In this document: positions 30,302 through 36,364 of the stretch, piece by piece
Numbering within the stretch: the first letter of the stretch is position 1
Layout: each line of letters opens with the position of its first letter
From: Burkholderiaceae bacterium
GTDB lineage: Bacteria; Pseudomonadota; Gammaproteobacteria; Burkholderiales; Burkholderiaceae_F
DNA length: 36,364 nucleotides
NCBI GenBank assembly: GCA_036732825.1
Contig: DAINBQ010000002.1
Location: 1-36,364 of the forward strand
Direction of reading: 5' to 3'
Translations under genes and position numbers: made by a program
The notes under the pieces: model-generated
What the model saw: only the letters and a program-made list of their open reading frames with translations
Databases searched by the model: none
Told to the model about the DNA's origin: nothing

Positions 30302-31027
30302 TCAAACGTGAACCAGCGTCCCTTCGTCCTCGCCCATGACCACCCGCTTCAGCGCGCCCGCCTTCGAAATGTTGAAAACCTTGATCGGCAGGTGCTGGTC
30401 GCGACACAACGCGAACGCCGTCGCGTCCATGATCTGCAGGTTGCGCGCCAGTGCCTCGTCGAAGGTGATCGTCGTGTAGCGGGTCGCCTTCTTGTCCTTG
30501 TTCGGATCCGCCGAATACACGCCGTCGACCTTCGTTGCCTTCAGCACGACCTCGGCGCCGACTTCGGAACCCCGCAGCGCGGCGGCGGTGTCGGTCGTGA
30601 AGAACGGGTTGCCGGTGCCCGCCGCGAAGATGACGACCTTGCCTTCCTCGAGGTAGCGCAGCGCCTTGGGCCGGATGTAGGGCTCGACCACCTGCTCGAT
30701 GTTGAGCGCCGACTGCACGCGGGCCTCGATTCCGGCCCGCCGCATCGCATCCTGCAGCGCCATCGCGTTCATGATCGTCGCCATCATGCCCATGTAGTCG
30801 GCGGTTGCGCGGTCCATGCCTTCGGCGCCGAGCGCAACTCCGCGGAAGATATTGCCGCCTCCGATGACGATCGCGACCTCGACACCGAGCTTCACGACGG
30901 CGCCAATGTCGGCGACCATCGCCTCGACCGTCGTCCGGTTGATCCCGAACGCGTCCTCGCCCATCAGCGCCTCGCCCGACAGCTTCAGCAGCACCCTTCG
31001 GTACGCTGCCTTGTCGCCTGCCGACAT
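30302..31027 (-). CDS. pyrH: UMP kinase
   Basis: [23 protein letters not shown]...[20 protein letters not shown] precedes the ATG at 31027. The track start 31153 overlaps tsf and was rejected. Confidence 0.94.
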   Translation of the reverse strand: MSAGDKAAYRRVLLKLSGEALMGEDAFGINRTTVEAMVADIGAVVKLGVEVAIVIGGGNIFRGVALGAEGMDRATADYMGMMATIMNAMALQDAMRRAGIEARVQSALNIEQVVEPYIRPKALRYLEEGKVVIFAAGTGNPFFTTDTAAALRGSEVGAEVVLKATKVDGVYSADPNKDKKATRYTTITFDEALARNLQIMDATAFALCRDQHLPIKVFNISKAGALKRVVMGEDEGTLVHV

Positions 31028-31046
31028 GCGGCCTCCCGGTTTCAGG

Positions 31047-31937
31047 TCAGCCGCGTGCCGCGGCCACCGCGGCCACTTCGGCCGCGAAATCCGACTGCTT
31101 CTTCTCGATGCCTTCGCCGACAACGTAGAGCACGAAGTCGTTGACCTGCGCACCCCTGGCTTTCAGCAGCTGCTCGATCGTCTGCTTGCCGTCTTCCGCC
31201 TTCACGAAGACCTGGCCCAGCAGCGTGACCTCCTTCAGGAACTTCTGCACGGTGCCCTCGGCGATCTTGTCGAGCATCGCCTCTGGCTTGCCCGCCTCGC
31301 GCGCCTTCTCGATCGCGATGCGGCGCTCGGTATCGAGCAGCGCGGCCGGCACGCCGGAGGCATCGAGCGACTTGGGCTTGCTGGCCGCGATGTGCATCGC
31401 GACGTCCTTCGCCAGTTCCGCGTCGCCCCCGCTGAGGTCAACCAGTACGCCGATCTTGCTGCCGCCGTGGACGTAACTCGCCAGACGACCTTTGGCCTCC
31501 AGGCGAGCGAAGCGGCGGATTGCCATGTTCTCGCCAATCCTGCCGATGAGCCCGGTACGCGTGGTCTCTACGGTGCCTGCGCCGAGCGGCAGCGCGGACA
31601 GCGCCGCGACGTCAGCCGGCTTGCGCGCCGCGACCAGCGCCGCGAGGTCCTTCGCGAACCGGACGAAGTCATCGTTCTTAGCGACGAAGTCGGTCTCCGA
31701 GTTGACCTCGACGATCGCGCCAATCTGGCCGGCGGCGTCGATGTCGACCGCGACGATGCCCTCGGCCGCCACGCGCGAGGCGGCCTTCGTCGCCTTGTTG
31801 CCCAGCTTGACGCGCAGGATCTCTTCGGCCTTCGCCAGGTCGCCGCCGGCCTCGGCCAGCGCCTTCTTGCATTCCATCATCGGCGCGTCGGTCTTGTCGC
31901 GCAGTTCCTTCACCATTGCTGCCGTGATTTCCGCCAT
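31047..31937 (-). CDS. tsf: Translation elongation factor Ts
   Basis: [39 protein letters not shown]. Confidence 0.95.
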   Translation of the reverse strand: MAEITAAMVKELRDKTDAPMMECKKALAEAGGDLAKAEEILRVKLGNKATKAASRVAAEGIVAVDIDAAGQIGAIVEVNSETDFVAKNDDFVRFAKDLAALVAARKPADVAALSALPLGAGTVETTRTGLIGRIGENMAIRRFARLEAKGRLASYVHGGSKIGVLVDLSGGDAELAKDVAMHIAASKPKSLDASGVPAALLDTERRIAIEKAREAGKPEAMLDKIAEGTVQKFLKEVTLLGQVFVKAEDGKQTIEQLLKARGAQVNDFVLYVVGEGIEKKQSDFAAEVAAVAAARG

Positions 31938-31971
31938 TCAGTGCTCCTGCTCGATTGATCTGCTCGGTACG

Positions 31972-31993
31972 AAAAAGGGGCTTGCGCCCCTTT
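31972..31993 (-). terminator. Rho-independent-type hairpin between rpsB and tsf (probable attenuator)
   Basis: The minus strand reads GAAAGGGGC-GCAA-GCCCCUUUUUC: a GC stem with a GCAA tetraloop and a U-run, about 25 nt after the rpsB stop. An rpsB-tsf intergenic attenuator is known in E. coli. Confidence 0.6.
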
Positions 31994-32017
31994 CTCGCCG
32001 CCGCCGCCCGCGGGCGG

Positions 32018-32767
32018 CTACTCCTGCTCTTCGCTGACTTCGACGAATTCCTCGTCGCCGGTGGCTGCCTGCACGACTCCCTGCAGCGCCGCCGCCTTGC
32101 CCTCGAGCGCCGCATCGGCAATGCCGCGGGCGTACAGCCGCACCGCGCGGCTTGAATCGTCGTTGCCCGGGATCACGTAGGCGATGCCCTCCGGCGAGTG
32201 ATTGGTATCGACGATCGCGACGACCGGAATGCCGAGCTTGGCGGCTTCCTGCACCGCGATCTTGTGATAGCCCACGTCGATGACGAACAGCGCATCGGGC
32301 AGCGCGTTCATGTCCTTGATGCCGCCGATCGACTTGTTGAGCTTCTCGACCTCGCGTGCGAAGTCGAGCGCTTCCTTCTTCGTCATGCGCTCGGTGCCGT
32401 TGTCGGCAACGATCTGCTCCATCTCCTTCAGCCGCTTGATCGATACCTTGACGGTCTTGAAGTTCGTGAGCATGCCGCCGAGCCAGCGCTGGTCGACGAA
32501 TGGCATGCCGCACCGCTTGGCCTCCTCGACGATCGTGTCGCGTGCCTGGCGCTTGGTGCCGACGAACAGGATCGTCCCGCGATTGGCAGCCAGCTGGCGC
32601 ACGAACTTGGTCGCGGCCTGGAACTGCTCGAGCGTGCGCTCGAGATTGATGATGTGGATCTTGTTGCGGTGACCGAAGATGTACGGTGCCATCTTCGGGT
32701 TCCAGAATCGCGTCTGGTGGCCGAAGTGAACGCCGGCCTCCAGCATCTGGCGCATAGTGACTGACAT
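32018..32767 (-). CDS. rpsB: 30S ribosomal protein S2
   Basis: [32 protein letters not shown]... A GGAGAGGAAAG RBS precedes the ATG at 32767. The track start 32854 was rejected. Confidence 0.95.
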   Translation of the reverse strand: MSVTMRQMLEAGVHFGHQTRFWNPKMAPYIFGHRNKIHIINLERTLEQFQAATKFVRQLAANRGTILFVGTKRQARDTIVEEAKRCGMPFVDQRWLGGMLTNFKTVKVSIKRLKEMEQIVADNGTERMTKKEALDFAREVEKLNKSIGGIKDMNALPDALFVIDVGYHKIAVQEAAKLGIPVVAIVDTNHSPEGIAYVIPGNDDSSRAVRLYARGIADAALEGKAAALQGVVQAATGDEEFVEVSEEQE

Positions 32768-33033
32768 GGCTTTCCTCTCCAAGGTTGGGTCCTGCGCATG
32801 CGCCGAGGCGGACCTTGGCTGCCATTGACTGCAATGAGCAGCTTCGGACCGCACCTTGGTGGCGCTGCGCGCGATTTCCGTCGCGAGCCGGGCGGACTTG
32901 CATCCTGCTTCGCTACATCCCGCTTCGCGGGATCTTGGCTTGCAGCATCTCGCCTCAAGATCGTGCGTTGGGGCCCATTCGGCGCCGGCGCACGAAATTC
33001 AACTAACTTCTTGATTTTCAAGCATCGAGACAG
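32768..33033 (-). promoter_or_regulatory. Putative long structured rpsB 5' leader
   Basis: About 265 nt lie between a minus-strand TATAAT (33045..33040) and the rpsB ATG. The stretch contains several hairpins and three CCAAG(G/A)U copies complementary to an ACCUUGG that abuts the SD. S2-autoregulated rpsB leaders are known in gammaproteobacteria. The 5' end is inferred from the promoter guess only. Confidence 0.4.
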
Positions 33034-33069
33034 CCCGATATTATATCCACCTTCCCGCCCGCCGCTCAA
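33011..33069. promoter_or_regulatory. Candidate overlapping divergent sigma-70 promoters for rpsB (minus) and map (plus)
   Basis: Minus strand: TTGAGC (33069..33064), 18-nt spacer, TATAAT (33045..33040). Plus strand: TTCAAG (33017-33022), 16-nt spacer, TATTAT (33039-33044). The two -10 hexamers occupy the same AT-rich box, GATATTATATCC. Confidence 0.35.
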
Positions 33070-33090
33070 GCTTGGAAAGCCCCCGCCGCC

Positions 33091-33933
33091 ATGCCGATCG
33101 TGATCAAGAACCCGCAGGACATCGAAGGCATGCGTCTGGCCGGGCGGCTCGCGGCAGAAGTGCTCGATTTCATCGCGCCGCACGTCAGGCCGGGCGTCAC
33201 CACCGGCGAGCTTGACCGACTGTGCCACCAGTACATGGTCGAGGCACAGGGCACCGTTCCGGCCCCGCTGAACTACGCGCCGCCGGGCTACCGGCCGTTT
33301 CCGAAGGCGATCTGCACGTCGGTCAACCACCAGGTCTGCCACGGCATCCCGGGGGACCGCGTCCTGAAGGCGGGCGACGTGGTCAACATCGACGTGACGG
33401 TCATCAAGGACGGGTACCACGGTGACACCAGCCGCATGTACTTCGTCGGCGAACCCTCGATCGCGGCTCGCAGGCTGTGCGAGGTGACCTACGACTGCAT
33501 GTGGCTCGGCATCCAGCAGGTCCGTCCGAGCGCGACGATCGGCGACATCGGCCATGCAATCCAGACGCACGCGGAAAAGCACGGCTACAGCGTCGTCCGC
33601 GAATTCTGCGGGCACGGAATCGGCCGCAAGTTCCACGAGGAGCCGCAGATCCTGCATTACGGCAAGCCCGGCACGCTGGAATCGCTCCAGGCAGGAATGA
33701 CCTTCACGGTCGAGCCGATGATCAACGCGGGACGCCGGGAGATCAAGGAACTCGCCGATGGCTGGACGATCGTGACCAAGGATCATTCGCTGTCGGCCCA
33801 GTGGGAGCACACGGTGCTCGTCACGGATATCGGCTACGAAGTGATGACGCTTTCGGCAGGCGCGCCACCGGTGCCGGCGTTTGTCAATGCCGGACAGTCC
33901 GGCGCCGCGGCGACGGAGCCCGCCGCCGCCTGA
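33091..33933 (+). CDS. map: Type I methionine aminopeptidase
   Basis: VCHGIPGDRVLKAGDVVNIDVTVIKDGYHGDTSRMY, FCGHGIG and EPMIN...WTIVTKDHSLSAQWEHTV. Confidence 0.95.
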   Translation: MPIVIKNPQDIEGMRLAGRLAAEVLDFIAPHVRPGVTTGELDRLCHQYMVEAQGTVPAPLNYAPPGYRPFPKAICTSVNHQVCHGIPGDRVLKAGDVVNIDVTVIKDGYHGDTSRMYFVGEPSIAARRLCEVTYDCMWLGIQQVRPSATIGDIGHAIQTHAEKHGYSVVREFCGHGIGRKFHEEPQILHYGKPGTLESLQAGMTFTVEPMINAGRREIKELADGWTIVTKDHSLSAQWEHTVLVTDIGYEVMTLSAGAPPVPAFVNAGQSGAAATEPAAA

Positions 33934-36364
33934 TGTCGCAGGCACCCGGCGGCACGCTTGCCGTCCCCCGCGAAGCGACTCCGGTGATGAACGATGTTGC
34001 GTTCAAGCTGCGCGACCGGCTGCGCCAGGAACGCACAGCCATCATTGACCGGTTCAAGGCCGGAGGTCCGGTCGACAGCCTGCTGCGGGGGCTCGCGCGC
34101 GCGGTCGACCGCCTTCTGCGGGAGGTCGCGGAAGCGACTGGAATCACGCGCCGCGCGACGCTGATTGCGGTAGGCGGCTATGGCCGCGGCGAGCTGTTTC
34201 CGCACTCGGATGTCGACGTACTGATCCTGCTGCGGCAGCCGCCGACGGCCGAGGACCGGGCAACGATCGAGAACCTGATCGGCCTGCTCTGGGATCTCGG
34301 CCTCGCGCTCGGGCACAGCGTGCGCACGATCGACGAGTGTCACGAAGAGGCGGCGCGCGACGTGACGGTGCTCACGTCGATGCTCGAGTCGCGGCTGATT
34401 GCCGGCTCGCGATCGCGCTACGAGTCGTTCGCGCGCGCCGTCGTCGGCGCGCTGGACCGCGAGGCCTACTTCCGGGCCAAGGTGCTCGAGCAGCAGCAGC
34501 GCCACACGAAATACAACGAGGCACCGTACACGCTCGAACCCAACGTCAAGGAAAGCCCCGGCGGCCTGCGCGACCTGCACGTCGTGTTGTGGATCGCGCG
34601 CGCCGGCGGCTACGGCGCGACCTGGTCCGAACTGGCCCGGCGCGGGTTCATCACGCCGCCCGAGGCCCGCATCATCCGCTCGAGCGAACGGACACTGAGA
34701 GAGATCCGGGTACGTCTGCACCTCGTGACCAACCGCCGCGAGGATCGGCTGGTATTCGACGTCCAGAACCAGGTCGCGCAGATGAGTGGCCTGCACGCGA
34801 CCGCCAACCGGCGCGCCAGCGAAGTGCTGATGCAGCACTACTACCGCTCGGCCAAGGTCGTCGCGCAGATGAACACGATCCTGCTGCAGAACATCGAGCA
34901 CCGGCTGTTCGCGCACCTCTACGCGCCCGAATCGGAGCCTGGCCAGGCGATCGACTCCACCTTCGTCGCGCGCAACGAGTTGCTCGACATCGACGACGAG
35001 CAGGCATTCGAGCGCGATCCGAACGGCATCCTCCGGGCTTTCCTGGTCATGGCCCAGCGTGCGGAACTGAAGGGAATGTCGGCGCGGCTGATGCGCGCGC
35101 TGTGGCACGCGCGCGTCCGGATCGACGCTCGCTACCGCCGCGATCCGGTAAACCGGGCGACCTTCCTCTCGCTGATGCAGCAGCCGCGCGGCGTGCTGCA
35201 TGAACTGCGGCGCATGAACCAGCTGTCGGTGCTGGGGCGCTACATGCCCGTGTTCCGCCGCATCGTCGGGCAGATGCAGCACGACCTGTTTCACGTCTAC
35301 ACGGTCGACCAGCACATCCTGCAGGTGCTGCGCAATCTGCGCCGCTTCATGCTGGCCGAACACGCGCACGAGTACCCGTTGTGCAGCCAGCTGATGGTCG
35401 ACTTCGAGAAGCCCTGGCTGCTGTACATCGCCGCGCTTTTCCACGACATCGCGAAGGGCCGCGGCGGCGACCACAGCGAGCTTGGAAGCCGCGACGCACG
35501 CCGCTTCTGCCGCGAGCACGGCCTCGACCGCGCGGATACCGAGCTCGTCGAGTTCCTGGTCGCGCACCATCTCTCGATGTCGCTGGTCGCGCAGAAGCAG
35601 GACCTGGCCGATGAAGCGGTCGTGCGCCGTTTTGCCGACCTCGTCCGGACCGAACGCAGGCTGATCGCGCTCTACCTGCTGACCGTTGCCGACATCCGTG
35701 GCACCAGCCCGCGCGTCTGGAACGCATGGAAAGGCAAGCTGCTCGAAGATCTGTTTCGCGCAACCCGGGCGCTGCTCGGCGGCGGCAGCGTCTCGAGCAG
35801 CGCCGTGCTGGAAGGCCGCAAGCAGGAGGCGCTGAAGATACTGCGCCTCTACGGTCTTCCGGACAGCGCGCGCGAAGAGCTGTGGGAACAGTTCGACGTC
35901 GTCTACTTCCTGCGTCACAGTGCCCAGGACATCGCCTGGCACACGCGCTCGCTCTACACGCGGGTGCGCACCGAGCAGCCGATCGTGCGCGCGCGCCTGG
36001 CGCGTATCGGCGAAGGCGCAGAAGTCCTGATCTACGTGAAGGACCAGAAGGACCTGTTCGCGCGCGTCTGCGGCTATTTCGACAGCCGCAACCTGAGCAT
36101 TCTCGACGCCCGGATTCACACGACGCGGCACGGCTACGCGCTCGATACCTTTCTCGTGACCGATCATGGACGGTCGCCGCATTACCGCGAGTTGCTGAGC
36201 CAGGTCGAACACGAGCTCGCCGAGTGGATCGCGCGCCAGCACGAGCTGCCGCCGCCGGTGAAGGGCCGCATGTCGCGCCAGTCTCGTCACTTTCCGGTGT
36301 CGCCTGCCGTGCATCTGCAGCCCGACGAGCGTGGCCAGCATTACCTGCTGTCGGTGACCGCCAC
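33933..36364 (+). CDS. glnD: [Protein-PII] uridylyltransferase/uridylyl-removing enzyme; C-terminus runs off the window end
   Basis: Not in the track because it is truncated. My plus-strand translation reads MSQAPGG...IAVGGYGRGELFPHSDVDVLILL (NTase motif), then the HD domain LYIAALFHDIAKGRGGDHSELG. The ATG overlaps the map stop (TGATG at 33931-33935). An alternative start lies 18 codons downstream. Confidence 0.92.
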   Translation, partial: MSQAPGGTLAVPREATPVMNDVAFKLRDRLRQERTAIIDRFKAGGPVDSLLRGLARAVDRLLREVAEATGITRRATLIAVGGYGRGELFPHSDVDVLILLRQPPTAEDRATIENLIGLLWDLGLALGHSVRTIDECHEEAARDVTVLTSMLESRLIAGSRSRYESFARAVVGALDREAYFRAKVLEQQQRHTKYNEAPYTLEPNVKESPGGLRDLHVVLWIARAGGYGATWSELARRGFITPPEARIIRSSERTLREIRVRLHLVTNRREDRLVFDVQNQVAQMSGLHATANRRASEVLMQHYYRSAKVVAQMNTILLQNIEHRLFAHLYAPESEPGQAIDSTFVARNELLDIDDEQAFERDPNGILRAFLVMAQRAELKGMSARLMRALWHARVRIDARYRRDPVNRATFLSLMQQPRGVLHELRRMNQLSVLGRYMPVFRRIVGQMQHDLFHVYTVDQHILQVLRNLRRFMLAEHAHEYPLCSQLMVDFEKPWLLYIAALFHDIAKGRGGDHSELGSRDARRFCREHGLDRADTELVEFLVAHHLSMSLVAQKQDLADEAVVRRFADLVRTERRLIALYLLTVADIRGTSPRVWNAWKGKLLEDLFRATRALLGGGSVSSSAVLEGRKQEALKILRLYGLPDSAREELWEQFDVVYFLRHSAQDIAWHTRSLYTRVRTEQPIVRARLARIGEGAEVLIYVKDQKDLFARVCGYFDSRNLSILDARIHTTRHGYALDTFLVTDHGRSPHYRELLSQVEHELAEWIARQHELPPPVKGRMSRQSRHFPVSPAVHLQPDERGQHYLLSVTA

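Noticed and set aside
32428-33945. 505-aa minus-strand ORF spanning rpsB, the intergenic region and map
   Set aside because: It is off-frame relative to rpsB and antisense to map, and it would run through the promoter region. No motifs.
33834-36341. 835-aa minus-strand ORF
   Set aside because: It is antisense to glnD, whose plus-strand frame shows the NTase (GGYGRGELFPHSDVDVLIL) and HD (FHDIAKGRGGDH) signatures. glnD is missing from the track only because it is truncated by the window end.
1-36364. CRISPR arrays, tandem repeats, IS elements or prophage remnants
   Set aside because: I noticed no regularly spaced direct repeats, terminal inverted repeats flanking a transposase, or phage-like genes anywhere in the window. 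This was a visual inspection only.

Overview
GC-rich chromosomal core region with betaproteobacterial (Burkholderia/Ralstonia-like) gene order. About 85% of the window is housekeeping. On the minus strand: guaA-guaB, rnfH-ratA, an SPFH/NfeD pair, ppsA, and the long conserved block trmH-rnhB-lpxB-lpxA-fabZ-lpxD-skp-bamA-rseP-dxr-cdsA-uppS-frr-pyrH-tsf-rpsB. On the plus strand: smpB, ppsR and map-glnD. I saw no rRNA, tRNA, tmRNA, CRISPR array, transposase or integrase. The one non-core segment is a co-directional cassette at 5478-12892. It encodes a DUF3311-like small membrane protein, a sodium:solute-symporter (SSS) domain fused to a histidine kinase, and a stand-alone receiver. The receiver is translationally coupled to a membrane-anchored HAMP/PAS pseudo-kinase fused to an intact DEDDh 3'-5' exonuclease, followed by a CBS-pair/GlnD-type (DUF294) nucleotidyltransferase. 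I know of no assigned function for this nucleotidyltransferase/exonuclease pairing, so it is the best candidate for an undescribed signalling system here. Secondary observations: a hairpin-dense 359-nt spacer inside the cassette; a 60-nt AT-rich rare-codon patch inside ppsA; an rpsB leader with repeated anti-SD-like motifs; and rpsB/map divergent promoters that appear to share one -10 box. Many long ORFs in the supplied track are antisense or off-frame shadows typical of high-GC DNA and were rejected. Several track ORFs also carry spurious N-terminal extensions, which I trimmed to homology- and RBS-supported starts.
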